From Hypanus sabinus (Eukaryota): a stretch of DNA of 64,000 bases. How positions within the stretch are numbered: the first letter of the stretch is position 1; every line of letters begins with the position of its first letter. Below, one piece after another: positions 49,600 through 63,764 of this stretch. The notes below the pieces were generated by a model. It saw nothing but the letters and a program-made list of their open reading frames with translations. It made no database searches and was not told where the DNA came from. The stretch covers positions 146,692,001-146,756,000 of the forward strand of contig NC_082712.1 of NCBI RefSeq assembly GCF_030144855.1, given 5' to 3'. The position numbers and the translations under genes are program-made.

Positions 49600-51150
49600 T
49601 AGAATTTTTAAAACAATAGTGAAAAGTGGTAGTAGTGTTCGCATACTGTAGTGATCAGGGTTGTGCTGGTTGGTTCGAGAGCAGGGACATAGCTGTTATT
49701 GAAACTGGTGGTGTGGAACTTCGGACTTCTGTACCTCGTGCCCAGTGGTAGCTGTGAGAAGATGACCTGGCTCAGAGGGTGACGATCTTTGATGATGGAT
49801 AATGCCTTCTTGAGGCAGCACCTCATGTAGACACTACCAGTGGTGGGGAAGGGTGAGCCAGTGAGTCCACTACTCTCTGCAGCTTTTTGCATCCCTGAAC
49901 ATTTTACCTGCAGCTCCAGTGCAACAGTACATTTGCAGACGTTTGTTATGGTGTTCGGTGACAAGCCAAACCTCTTAAATCCCCTATGAAAGTGAAGATG
50001 GGGCTTGCACGCTTTCTAGTGATTGCATTTATGTGCTGGGCCCAGGACAGGTCCTCCAATATGTTAAAGCTGTTGACTTTCTCCACCGCCAGTCTCCTAG
50101 TCTTCTCCCGCCTTCCCCTTCCCGAAGTCAACCATTAGCTCTTTAGTTTTCCTGACATTAAGCAAGAGGTTGTTGTTGTGGCATCGCACAACCATTTGTC
50201 GAGTCTCACTCCAGTCAGCCGACTTATTATTACCTGTGGTTCAGCCAACAACAGTGATGTCATCAGTGAATTTGCTCATGGCGTGCTTTGCCACGCGTTT
50301 ATCTGTGTATAGAGTAGAACGGGGGTGGGGTGGGCTGGTAAACAGAGCCGAACTGTGTTGATAATTCAGAGAGATGTTGTTATCAATCCTCACTGATTGA
50401 GCTCTGCCACTGAGTAAGTCTAGCGTCCAGTTGCGGAAGGAGGTACAGAGGCTCAGGTCTTGAAGCTTGATGCTGAGTTTTGATGTGATGATCAAACTTT
50501 AACACTGTGCTGTAGTCAATGAAAAGCAGAGTTCATGAAAAGTGAAAATGAAAAGTATGAGTTCCTGTTGTCCGGATGGTACAGAGCAGGGTGAAGAGCC
50601 AGAGAAATCCTGTCGGCTGGTGATGTGTTGAGGCGGTGGACAAATTGGAGTCATGTAAGTAATCTCTGAGGCAGGAGTTCGTTCGTGCCATAACCGAACG
50701 CGCTAAGCACTTCATTACAGTTGGTATATGTACGTGCTACTGAATGGTTCTCATCGAAGCTGGCCACCACGCTTTTCTTGGGCATCAGTACAAGTGATGT
50801 TTCGTTGAAGCAGGCGGGAACCTCAGGGCCACAGAAACACAGGATGTAGCATGCCTGTAAAAATTTTCCAGCTAATTGGTCTGCTCAGATCTTTAGTACT
50901 CAGCTAGCTACGCCATCTGGAACAGATGATTTTCTCCCTCTTGAAGGATGTCCAAATGTTGGCATAAGAGACTGAAGCTTCAAGTTATCTGGAGGTATGG
51001 GGGGCTCATTTGGGTATGTCATAGTTCTTCTTACCAAAACATGCATAAAAGATATTGAGCTATCAAGGAGTGCTGAGTTGTCACCACTTAAGCTAACCAG
51101 TCTCATAGGAAGTAATATTGTCAAGCCCTGATGCAGCTGCTAGCTTCTGG
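49600..51150 (-). mobile_element. Rex1/Babar LINE ORF2 fragments
   Basis: MKCLAR..., KLQDLSLCTSFRNWTLDLLSGRAQSVRI, KFTDDITVVG and LPLGTRYRS..TTSFNNSY. Confidence 0.85.
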
Positions 51151-52502
51151 TGTTTCCGCCTTGCATGATTAGTTGTGGTAGTACACGTTATCATTACATA
51201 GAAATTATGTTAAAAGTCTAGGCTCTTAGTGTTTAATTGAGCTGTCTGTTGTTCCTCTTTGGCTGGAAGATCTAACAGAGGGGGCAACTGAGCTGAGTTG
51301 TATTAATTTCTAAAATTGTTTGTTGGGTGTGTTAGAATTTTAGAAATTTACAACACAGAAGAATGCCATTTAGTACATTATGTCAGTGTGAGTCGAGAAG
51401 AGAGCGGCCCAGCTTAATTGGACTTTTTGGCATGAGGTCCATGGCCCTGCTGGTCATTACTGTTCAGATACACACCAAAGAACTGAAGTGTGATGAAGGT
51501 TTCTGCTTCTGCACCCAATCAGTCAGTGAGTTCTAAACCTGCAGCACCATTTTGATGAGAAAAGTGATCAATCAAAATGTGAATGGTAATGATGACTATT
51601 ATGCAGATGTACAGTAATAAAATATTTCAGGATTAAAACATGCTATATTATACAAATATATAAAATTGAATACATATTTCACTCAACATGTATTATACCT
51701 CTTCTTGCTTATGGCATATTTGGTTCTGAGATCATCCAGGCTTTTAATGCATTTTGATTTTATGTGAGCCATTACATTGTGGCTTGGTAGGTCACATTTC
51801 TAGTTTTATGGATCCTTTAATTGTTCATGACTCAGTTGGGTAATTTCTGTTGATTATAATATGGGCTGTTGCTTGTTGCATAATATAGAAACAGTGAAAG
51901 GATTCAAGTGTGACATGGAAAGGAACTATTGCTAAATATTTAAGCACTTTACCTCAAATTAAAGATATTTTAGATTAAATTTATGATATTCCATTTACAC
52001 CATGCATAAATTGTGTGGTACTGTAACTATTATTATGCAAGTCCTATAATTTTATCATATGCTGTAGAACAGAAAACTTTTAATTTTTTTAGCTCAAAAA
52101 AGATTAGTAAATGTTTGCATGAAAATCTTGGATTGTTTTTATTTGTGATCTCTCAGAACAAACAATAGTTTCAGCTAAGAGATCATGCTTCCAGCTAAAA
52201 CCTTTGACATACAGGAACTTACGAACAAGTAATTAACTCACTTTCTGTGATAACTTTGCTTCATCGCTTTCTGTTTGGTGGGAAAATGCCATACTTCCCA
52301 TGATTCTTCACAGCCAGGAGTTTATAACCAGGATCTAAGTCGCACAGGCAATTTTCTTTCTATTCCACAGAATCAGAAGTTAAATTGATACGAAACAATT
52401 TTTAATATTTGTATCTTTCTACTTTACCAGCATTTTAAAAGATGTACAAATGTACAAGGCTGGCACCCTGAACTTTACTTTTGTAAGTATTACACAGAGG
52501 GA

Positions 52503-52830
52503 TCTGAATCAGAATCAGGTTTAATGTCACCATCTCCTGTCTTGAAATTCATTAACTTTACAGCAGCAGTGAAGTTCATGATAAGTAAACATAGAGAAAA
52601 ATAACAATTACAGTAAGCATATAAATATCCATTAAATAGTTAAAATAAGTAGTGCAAAACAGGAATAAAAAAAGTGGAAATGTTGTGTTCACAGGTTCAA
52701 TCTCTAATTAGAAATCGGATGGTAGGGGTAAGAAGTGTTCCTGAATCACTGCGTGTGTGTCTTCAGGCTTATGTACCTCCTTCCCAATGGTAACAATAAG
52801 AAGAGGCATGTCCTGGATGGTGGGGATAAT
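52503..52830 (-). mobile_element. Rex1/Babar 3' tail
   Basis: gaatcagaatcaggtttaat tail; 'gaagtgttcctgaatcactg...tcaggcttatgtacctcc' is the reverse complement of the 41880 copy. Confidence 0.75.
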
Positions 52831-52967
52831 ACATATCCCCTCCCGGCTGGACAGCGTGCTATGCTTGTGAATTTCTTGGCAGAAATTATGGTCATTCAAA
52901 AATAATGACTTGTTAACTGGGTTCATTTGAGTCAGTGTTAAAACAAACCACTTTCTCTTCTCACTAT

Positions 52968-53350
52968 TTAGAGTCATGGAGCATTACAGCATAGATACAG
53001 GCCCTTTGGCCCATCAGTTCTATGCTGATCAGGTACCCACTCGACTTGTCCCAATACCCTGCATTTGGCTCATATCATTCTGTGTCCTACCCTTCCATAT
53101 ATTTATCAAAGTGCTTTATAAACTATACTATTGTATTTGCCTCAACCACTTCTTCAGGCAACTGCTTCCATATACTCACCAGACTCTGCCTGCCCATCAG
53201 TTCCCTTTTAAATCTTTCCCCTCTCACCCAAAATCTATGCCCCCTAGTTTTGAACTTCCCTATCCTGGGGAAATGACTGTCACCATCCACCTTATCTAGG
53301 CTTTTCATAATTCTATAAGGTTGCTTCTTCATTCCCCTACGTTCCAAGGA
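52968..53350 (-). mobile_element. CR1 3' fragment
   Basis: YRIMKSLDKVDG..FP...KTRGHRF..RGERFK...WKQLPEEVVEA (ORF 53123..53347). Confidence 0.85.
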
Positions 53351-54859
53351 AATTTGTGCCTGAGAGGGAGGCTTGCTTTTAAATATCTTTGCAGTTTTAT
53401 TAATGGGAAAATCTACTGCGCTATCTTGGTGAAAGGAGTCCTAAAAGATATTTCGATAATTGTCATCAGCAGTTTCTGGGTTGTTGATCATAAGTTGCTC
53501 TGAGCTTTCAGTAGTAAACCAAGTGGCAGCTGCTGCTTTTCCTCTGCAGTCATTGCCATTATGTTTTTGAAGTGACTCCAGGAGCTTTTGTGGGAAAACA
53601 GTACAGTTTAATTGTGCCAAGATGATGGTCCATTCACGCTCCCTCATCACTTCAAACTACTGTATGTCAAACAAGTGGTTTATTATGATATATGAATTTC
53701 TATCTTACAAACTAGCTTACAGACTACCACTGATGAACATTCAAAAGAAGTAAATTTCCCTGGAAGTACAGAATTCATGATGAACCACAGGACATGATTT
53801 ATATCACCCAATTTGTCTACCATTAAGTCTTGTGTATTCTGTTTATAGCACATTAATTCAAACCTCAGATGTAATTTTAAACGCTCATAACATGACACAT
53901 GATAATGAAGCATTATTTTAAACTCCTACAGTATATTTTTTATCAATTTAAAATCATTTTGTGTGATCTGAAATATATTCCGCAGAGGGAACATCATCAC
54001 ACATTGCTCTCATTAAATCTTCAAAATGATTGCAAGAGCAAGGAGAGACATTGAAAGGAGAGCACTTAAAGCATAATAATATAGTGAAGGGTTGAAGTCT
54101 GTCTTCATGACCCCACCATTCCCATGATCGCAAGCTAATAGATCCTGCAAGTTGCAAATCTCGCCTCAAGTTGTATAAAAATCAGTGAAGTACAATTTAA
54201 TATACCTAGCCAGAGAGTTCCTGTCCATTTCTATAAACATATCCGAATGCATTAGCAAATAGGAATGATGGAATTAAGATGAAGTGCTTTTTAAAGTAAG
54301 AGGAAGCACAGTGAAATAACTTCACAGTGCATGAGAAATCTTGAATCTGCATATCCTGTTGAATCAACTAACCATAATCACGTTGAGGATAAAAGGCAAG
54401 CACTGTCTTTAAAAGTGACTAAGTGCTGCTGCATTGAGTTTGGATTGTTTATCCATGGACGTATTTGGAAAAATACGATTTTTTCGTGACGTTCCATGAG
54501 TTCTTTGGGCAAGTCTGAGCTGAAAGGACTGGTGTTTTGATAGTCAAACTGCATCACGTTCTAACCTTACTCCTTTTCTACATTTAAATTCAAATCTCTT
54601 GGTCTTAGTGAACTTTAGCTTCTACGCTATAATTACAGACTTATCACACTGACCCCTGCTGGAAATTATCCTTTCCTCATATATTCAAATCACTAGAATA
54701 TTTTACCACCTGCATTTTTTTCCTCACTTCCACCAGATATTTGACAGCTGGCCCATTCTGCAATCTCTCCTCAGATGTTGCTTTCTTTTTATATTGCTTT
54801 CTCAATGAATGTTACAAAACCTTTTATTTATTTATCAGTTTTACTCCTTTGAATTGTTA

Positions 54860-55215
54860 TAACTCAACAAATAATTTTGAAGTCACTGCTTTAATATAGA
54901 GTCCGTGCACAGAGCAAGATCCCACCAACACCAATGTGATTGTTACCGATAAGCTGTTTATAGACACTGAATAGGGGTTAAGGATCATCCAATTTATGGG
55001 AAGAGTGCCTGCTTTGTGAAGTAGCATTACTGGATCTTTTATATTCACTTGGCTTAATGTCTCCGGAAAATAAAATCTCTGAAAGTATAGTTTCAAAAAT
55101 CTCTGAAGATAATGGCTTTTCTCAGCTTGCATTTGAGTCTCTGCCTAGGTATGCCTGGGGTAAGGTTTGAACCAGCAATCTTCAAAGATGGGAGTGCTAC
55201 CAATTGCTTATGCCT
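54860..55215 (-). mobile_element. DeuSINE-like remnant
   Basis: gcacagagcaagatcccaccaacaccaatgtgat...ggatcttttatattcac...tttgaacc (B-box complement). Confidence 0.6.
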
Positions 55216-55374
55216 CATACTGATGTATTGATAAAAACTATATTATTTTTGATATTATTTGAAATCTTATTGAGATATCAGTTCTCACTCTCTCAGTTAA
55301 TTCTTGTGAAGCATGTGAGTTGTGAATCACCTGTTTGTGGAATTACAAAGCTCCACCTCTCTTGTTGACCCCAA

Positions 55375-55681
55375 CATTTCACACTCGGCTCACTCCAGCA
55401 CTGAGCTGATTCCACAACCTATGGACTTACTTTCAAGGACTTTACAACTCAATATTTATTGCTTATTTATTTATTATTATTAGATTTTTCCCAATTTTTG
55501 TATTTGCCCTCTTTGTTGTCTTTTGCACATTTGTTGTTCGTCCATCTTTATTGTGTGTAATTTTTCATTGATTCAGTAGTGTTTCCATGTATTTACTGTG
55601 AATGGCCACATGAAAATGAATCCTGGGGGATTATATGGTGATATACGCGTACTTTGATAATAAATTTACTTTGAACTTTGA
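55375..55681 (+). mobile_element. Non-autonomous or 3' Rex1-type tail
   Basis: Ends in aataaatttactttgaactttga, the same tail type as at 31815. Confidence 0.65.
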
Positions 55682-56142
55682 CAGGGCTTACTGTATGAAG
55701 GACATCTGGCAGCTCTTGGGCTGTATTCCCTGGTGTTCAGGAGAATGAGGAGGGATCTCATAGAAACATTCTGTATGTTAAAAGGGCTGAACAGGTTAGA
55801 TATGGCTAAGTTATTTCCCATGGTAGAGGAGTCTACGACAAGAGGGCACAATTTCAGGATAGAAGGACGTCCATTTAGAACAGAGATGTGAAGAAATTAC
55901 TTTAGTCAGAGGGTGGTAAATCTGTGGAATTTGTTGCCACGAGCAGCTGTGGAGGCCAAGTCATTGGGTACATGTAAGGCAGGGATAGACAGGTTCTTGA
56001 TTGGCCAGGGCATCAAAGGGTATGGGGAGAAGGCAGGTGAATGGGGATGACTGGAAGAATTGGATCAGCCCATGATTGAATGGTGGAGCAGACTTGATGG
56101 GCCGAATGGCCTACTTATTCTATATCTTATGGTCTTATGGCT
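55682..56142 (+). mobile_element. CR1 3' fragment
   Basis: GLYSLVFRRMRRDLIETF..., a ggccgaatggcc stem and a (tcttatgg)2 tail. Confidence 0.9.
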
Positions 56143-57739
56143 TATCAGCAGTGAACTGTTACTAACTTAGCATTGCAAATGGTCAGAGATGAGACAAGTA
56201 GGGGGTCCGACAGGAAAGCCCAGGTTGTGTTAACTCTACTGTGCTGTAAAATTCACCACAGCCTGCATCAACACCTATGTTAAGGCTAAATAGAGGACTT
56301 AAATATAATAAACTAAATGGCTAGATTTAAATTATGAAAAATAGATTTTTTTTTATTTACTTGATTGGGGTGAAATATTTAAAAACATTTTCAATAACCA
56401 CAGATTGCTACAGAACTCTATTCAAAATTTAATCCCAAAACTGGAATATGTCATATTCATAAAAGAACATTAAAATATGGTTTGTTAAAATAAATAAAGT
56501 TTAAAAAGCCTGATTCTACGGCTGATATTATTTATGTCCACCTTGAAATTTATATAGTTAATGTAAAATCATACATATTTTACATGGTTATTAACTCAAT
56601 TCTCTTAAATATATAATGTCCTATGATAAATGGCATTGCAAAGCACATTGGTGTCATTAGTTTTGTAATGGCATCATAATTATGCACGTGATCTTGTCGA
56701 ATACATCTTTCAACATGAAGGAAAAACAATTGAAAATCCCAATTTAGTCATGATTTGTCATCCCTCCAGTCGGGTTCTTTCCAATGCGGAATAGTTGACA
56801 GTTATCACTGACAGGCTCCATATAACTGACACCAGAGGCCTGTAGCCAGAATTCTCATTTTAACTCAGGAAATCTCAAGGAAAGTAATAGCATGTTTTGT
56901 TCCATTTTAAACGAGGAAAGAAAAAACTTCTCACCATGTTATAAATATTGCAGTAAACATTAATTGCAGTATGATGATAATCATTTTCCCTTAAAACTAA
57001 TCTATTAAGAAAAGGGCTGGAATGTTATTTTCCCAAGCCCTGTAGATTGTTAAAGTTATTTTTTCGCCTGAGTATTAGTTGCAATTGAATATAGATCCAG
57101 GAGTAGATGTGATGAAAAGTAAAGAATTGAAAACCATCATTCGAGAGCATTGCCGGCAATAACAGAGCAAGTGTACTGCTGAACTGCACGATGAGTGATG
57201 TATAGAGCAGTGCTGCATGGACATCTCACAAGGGCAAAATATCAACATATTTTCAATCAAAGGTTTCGGAACAAACCAAGACAGTTTTGCTTTGCACAAT
57301 GATTTGGAGCTCTAACAATCATTGTGTCTGAGATTCTGGATTAAGCTGGTTTTATTTACCGGTCTGTGCAAGTAAACAGCAGCGTTATCCTGCCATCAAT
57401 CACCATCCAACTACATTTCCCTTTTTTACTTTAAAAAAAAATTCTTGAAATTTTGATCCAATGTGAAATGTTTGTCTTCATGGTTTTATTGACTTCTGTG
57501 AGGTTTCTTTCATTTCTATAACAATCGAGGCTAAATCTTGGGATGTAGCTGTTTCTGTTACATCCTGAGTGCTTTGGTTTTCTCCCAGCTTTATAGTAAG
57601 ACATGTCAGTTGTTAACGTAGATCAGCAAAGCCTTTAAGATTATGATAACGTTTCATTTCACAGAGAACTCAAAAGATCTAGTTCATCCATCATTTCACG
57701 TAGCACTGTAATTAAAGTCAATATTTAAAACCTTCTAGC

Positions 57740-58505
57740 TGGTAGATCACAATCTGTATGGATCAGAAGCACCATCTCCACCTCGCTGACAATCAACACT
57801 GGCACACCTCAAGGTTGTGTGCTTAGCCAGCTGCTCTACTCTCTCTAGCCCCATGACTGTGTGGATAGGCACAGCTCAAATGCCATCCATACCATTGTGG
57901 GCAGACTTTCAGATGGTGACAAGAGGTCGTACAGGAGTGAGATATACCAGCTAGTTGAGTAGTGTTGCACTAACAGCATTGCACTCAACATTATTAAGAC
58001 CAAAGGGCTGATTATGGGCTTCAGAAAGGAAAAGACGGGGGAACACACATCAGTTCTAGTTGAGGAATCAGAAGTGGAGAGAGTGAGCAGATTCAAGTTC
58101 CTGGGTGTCGATGTCTCTGAGGATCTGTCCTGGACCTAAAATATTGATGCAGCTACAAAGAAGGCAAGACGAAAACTATATTTCATTGGGAGCTTTAGAA
58201 AATTTGGTATATCATCAAAAATACTAGGAATAACTATAGATTTACCATGCGGAGCATTCTGACTGGCTGTATCACTCTCTGGTGAGGGGGAACTACGGCA
58301 CAAGATCAAAGTAAGTTGCAGAGAGTTGTAAACTTAGCTCCATCGTGATTTAATTTAGCTATTTTATATATAAAATATATACCATGCTCATAGTTTTTCT
58401 CTATTATTATGTATTAATTCAATTACACTGTACTGCTGCGGCAAAGACAATTAATTTCATGACATACGCCGGTGATATTAAGCCTAATTCCAATTCTGAT
58501 TCTGA
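57740..58505 (+). mobile_element. Rex1/Babar LINE RT-3' fragment
   Basis: TINTGTPQGCVLSQLLYS, FKFLGV, SILTGCITLW and an attctgattctg tail. Confidence 0.85.
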
Positions 58506-60689
58506 AGCTATAAAATAAATGGATCAAAATATATTGCAATGTTATTCCAAAATCTTTGAGGTGCATCAAGATGTAGTAAGGCTAATGTGATTATTCTTTT
58601 GAATATCCTGCTTCCCATGAGATACTGGGACCAGTGGATAGATAGAGAACAAACACATTATTGGGAAAGTGAATGCATAAAGAAGTGGAGGATCCCAGCA
58701 GATCATCCTGAGTTTCTGAGTTCCTCCAGCACTTTTGTGTGAACTCGAGATTCTAGTCCCATGTGTCTCAATAGGGAGAGTTAACTTGTCTTTCCCTTTT
58801 TCAGCTATTAAGTGCACACTTAGGTATTTTAGTCCAGAAACCATTTTTTATGCCATGGACCAATACCATTAAGCAAGTCGTCCATAGACTCCCTCTGTTC
58901 TAGTCAAAAATAGGGAACTCGACTATGTGAAAGCAAAAGGCCCTTTGATCCCTGTCACTATGATATGTGATCTAAAACATTACATTGTAATGCTGTTGTT
59001 ATTTTCTTTTTACATCTAGGATTGGAAAATGGACTGGAAATTTTCCAAGGATTTTTTTTTCTTGACTTAAAACAAAGACGGCTTAACTATATTGGCTGGT
59101 CAGCCAGAGCAAAATGAGTAGTCTTTGTTCAGCTTTTTAAATTCTAAGAATGTAGACATGATGTTTGCAATTCTCAATGGGAACAAATAATGACAAAAAC
59201 ATCATAAAAAGAGATGAGCCAAGACAAAATCTGAAAGCTTATAAGCAGGCTGAAATGGTGTTAACGCGTGAGATGAATCACTCTGAAAGAAATGTAATTG
59301 TTGCAAAACAAAAAATAGCTGTGATCATTTTAAATCGTTTCTGCTCTATCGGTTCTCTATTATTTTTCTAAAATCAGGGTTTTTAAAGTTCTGTTTATGG
59401 GTTATTGGACCAATTGTATTTGCTGGACTGGGGAATAGGTTCCGCTCATCTTACATCTAATTCCCCCTCCTCCTCGCCTATCTTTCTCCCTGCTTTTATC
59501 ATTTATTTTCAATCTGTGTTGTCAACAAAGCCAGTGTTCCATAAATTGTTGTGCTTGGTCAAAGTGCAAAATGTAGCATGAAGTGCAGTAGAGAATCGGG
59601 GAAAGTTGTGGATGAGATTTAATAATATTTATCGTTAAAATGCCATTGTGTCAAATGGAGCAAAACGACTAGATGCGTCTAAAAGTATAAATTTTGTTTT
59701 TGTCAGGTGTAAATCTGTAAGGCTTCTAAATCAACCTATCACATACTGAAAAGCAATTCAAACACATATTTCTGAGAGGATTGTACAGAGATGATGGTCA
59801 TGGTTTTAGGAATGCTGTTGGTGCTCAGGTTGAGGAATTCTCTAGCAATCTAGCTTTCCTAATCTGTAACGTTAGCAGACTCGGCTGTCTTGATTCATGG
59901 CATACCCAGAGGGCAACATATGTTTGGCTAGATGGAAACATTGTAAAAAGGGGGCAAGGAAACCCTATCAGAAGGCATGACAAAGCAACAGGTGAAATAG
60001 GTGTAATTAGAACAAGACAGTCTTGTAAAACTATTAGTCCTTCAGTTTTGTTTTCATTTTCTTCTTGTGAAGCATACCTAGTCTTTAACTTGACAGAAGT
60101 CAAAATTGTAATTCAAGGTTGGATGATTACACCATTGTGGTTCTGTCTCATCCATACTACATCATGGTCCCAAAGCAAGTCATTATAAAAGTAGACGACC
60201 ATTGGCCTCATAAAACTAAATAACAGCCGCTGCTGAAAAATACATTAATATTGTGCAAGCTGTTTCATTTGTGAAATATTTATTTTCAGTGAGAATTCCA
60301 TAAAACCAGTGCCTGCTGTGTTAACAATTGAAGCAAAGATTCAAGAGGAGGTAGACATGAAAAGAAAGAGTAAACTCAATCATACTGATGCTTGCACTAG
60401 TTTTCTACCAGGTATCAAGCGTCTTTTAAAGTGAACCGTGAGTTTTATTTGTGCACTGCTACTCTACATTTGTATTTGTTGTGTGGGGCGTGATATTCAA
60501 TTATAACAGGACTATTGTTCCGATTTCACTGAACAAGGTGCCACAGAACCTTGATCATAAAAGTCCTGAACCTTCTGGTGAAGCTGTGATCAATGAATGA
60601 CAAATACAATGGCCAGCCAGGTAACTCCTGTATTACAGGTGGTAGGGAGCTGTACCTCTGGAAACGGTCTGTCTTGATTTTCCATAATG

Positions 60690-60884
60690 TGAAATTATGG
60701 CCATGGGTAGCTGTGGAGGCCAGATCATTGGGTATATTTCAGGCAGAGGCTGATAGGTTCTTGATTAGTCAGGGCATGAAGGGTTACAGGGAGTGGCAGG
60801 AGATTGGGGCTGATCAACCATGATGAAACGGTGGAGCAGACTTGATGGCCTAATTGTGCTCCCCTATATCTTATGGTCTTATGG
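60690..60884 (+). mobile_element. CR1 3' stub (same family as 55682-56142)
   Basis: gctgtggaggccagatcattgggt...ggtggagcagacttgatggcc...(tcttatgg)2. Confidence 0.85.
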
Positions 60885-63764
60885 AAAATCTGCCTATGTA
60901 TCAAGAAATTCAAGTTGAGAAAATTATGATTATTTATTCCCCTTTTATCCCCATATAAATTCCATCAGCAAATTTTGTTCCAAATCTGAAATTCTTGGGA
61001 AGTGATTTGTGAATTCAGTAAGTGTAAACTTCTGTAACGTGAGGATCACTTGTATGGGCATTGGTTACCAGCATTATAAACAGAGAACATAAGACGTACG
61101 TGGCCATCTGTCAGTATCTATAAAGAGAAAAGATCAGCTAATGTTTTATCTTGTCAAAGCTTAGTCTGGTACTCTGAGCTATACATGAATTTGATCCATA
61201 ACAGCATTGGGCACCAAGCAACAAGACACTTACTAGGTTTTGCATTGCACTATCTAGTATAAGGTCATGTACCACAGTGATTGAAGGGTTCATAGTTCGT
61301 TTCCATCAACAGAATTCCTTAATGTGCCCAATACCACCTTCAACAGATGGTTAAATGTTGTGAATTTTACTGCTTAAAAAAAGAATTTGCAACTCATTGT
61401 TACTTTGGTATTTTATGTACTTTTTTTCCTCCCAACCCATCAATGTAGACCGTCAGGGGTAAGGCAGGATATCATATATTCAATTCTAATGAGAATATTT
61501 TACCAATATTTATACTTAAGCTTAGAGTGGTTTGAAATCTCGATTTTGTTTTTAATTCCTCTCTCAAGTGTGAAGTACTATACACCCCCATTTCCAGGTA
61601 AATGCCAAAGGTCAAGGGTGAATTTCCATCACAGAGATTTGGAAATTCGGCAGTTAATTAAATTAGGAAGATGTGAGTTGTGATATCCAGCAAGGTTATA
61701 CATTGGAGCTGCATTTATTCAGCGTATTTAGAAGACAACTTAAATGGTAATCCCGAAGTCATTTTCCAAGTTTACAGATGGGCAGTCCACGTAGCTGTTT
61801 ATTGCACTGTGAAACTAATGGATTGTGAGAACAGGCAAAATCATGAAAGATGAATTTTATTGTAGGAAATTTAAGATTATCCACATGAAATGTAACCTCT
61901 GATTACCACGCACTAGCCCTTCATATAGTGTGCGTGTTTATGCTTTGGAAAGAGAATAGTAAACTTAGAAGAATGAACCTCAAATTCTAAAGGTTAACTT
62001 CCAAACTATGCTTGTATTTCCTGGAATTTAGAAAGATCTGAAGAAAGCTTTCAAAGTATTAAGGGAACTAGCTAAGACTGATAAAGGAAAAAACATTTAC
62101 ACTTGATGGAAAGTCTTGGATTAGGAGTTATTGTTTCATACGGAGGATAAACATTATAAAATATATCCACATGTAAAGAGTTTAGAAGTTTTTAACCCTC
62201 TTCCACAAATTATGAATGAACTTGAACAACTTTTAGTTTTAATCAGAATTAATAATGTTTGTTTAACCGCAGCATTAAAGCATGTAGGATAAAGGTATGA
62301 AAATTAAGGTGTAAGTTAGTAAATAAGAACCTAGGAATAAGGTTGTTTGGAGCTTTGCACTGAGAAGTATTGGGAAGATAATTTAGGATCACTCACTGAT
62401 CTCATTCACATGGTCAGTGCTTTTCTGGCTCAGGAAAGATGCATGTTCTGTGTTATAAGAAGCTTGACATACTGTTCACGAATGTTCTTTATTGCAACCC
62501 TACCGAAATAGTGGTTTTTATATTGCAGTAAGAAAAATATAGAGCCAAAACTAGTGATAAAGGTAGAATCCTGAATCTATATAAAATAGCACTTGCGAAA
62601 TAGAAATGCTTGCAATTTATTCTACTGACAGTAAGGGCACTGGACTTGACTGAATTGTATTGAACTCATCATGCAGTTAAGACTTTGGAAAGAAACTATA
62701 ATGTTAGAATCTAAGTGTGTTCACAGCAAGACTGTTGAAAACCTGTTACTGGTATTCTGTCATGCAGTAGAAACAAAACTCTGCTATTTGCCATCTATAA
62801 GTTTTTAGCAACCAGTTTGCACTCACAGTATGTTCAATGGTTACTAATACAAAACTCCCCTTAAAGTACTTAGACTTTGGTGGCTTTGGACATGCTTTTG
62901 ATGATTTTGCTCTAATTCTCTCCAAAAAAATTATCAGCTGTCAAAGCATGTTTTTGCAATGAAACGTCACCAAAGTAATTGAAATTCACTTTTTATTTGT
63001 TCCATTGTACTTATTTTCTATTTTCGATGATGGAATATAAAATACATAGAGGAAGCTTGTCTACTGGGAGATAGTATATGATGAATTTTTTAATTGTCCT
63101 ACAGGTTGGCTGTTGTACAGCTGGTAAGGTGTGATTTTTGTGTTCCTCCTCATTAGCTGCACTGCTCTAATAGGTGCATTGCATTCGAGAGCCCGGACAG
63201 AACAGATTGGCATCTTGTGATCTGTGGCCATGAACTCATCAGGGCTAATTCCAAAAGCCTTTTAAGTCTGAAATAGATCAATTTTAAGAAGGACATTTTT
63301 CTGGCAGCTACTAGAAGAGGGCAAATTTTTTATCTAAAAGTTGTTGACCGAAGCAAAAATTCACATTTCATTAACAGCAGATATAGAAAGCAGCACAAGC
63401 CTAAAGCTGGCTGGCTTTTGCACCAGACTTTGAGGCGACTGGTCCTGGGTTTGAATCCGAATAGCTTCTTGCATTCTTTCCATCCTTGTTGGGTTGAGTG
63501 TTGAGCTAGCAATTCAGCCTTTTAAAAAAAAAGACAAAATTACTAAAGAAATGGGTGCGGAAAGAAACACCAACAAACATTGAGCTGTGGTGATTTGTCA
63601 TTTTCTATCTCTGTGTTATGAGGGGGGTTTGCATAATTTACATTGACAGGAGAAAGAGTTAATCATTACTTAGTCCTACACCCATGTGTTTGTCTGCATA
63701 TGTAACTAACAAACAAATGTAGAATAACAGAAAAGGTGAATTAGTTTGGAATTTAGAAATTAGT

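Noticed and set aside
56145-56300. Possible LF-SINE-like remnant (aaatagaggactt); similar vague SINE traces at ~27200-27420 and ~36700-37100
   Set aside because: The similarity is too short and degraded to call by eye.
60290-60350. Possible exon ENSIKPVPAVLTIEAKIQEE
   Set aside because: Short pyrimidine tract, weak donor (gtagac) and an unrecognised peptide.
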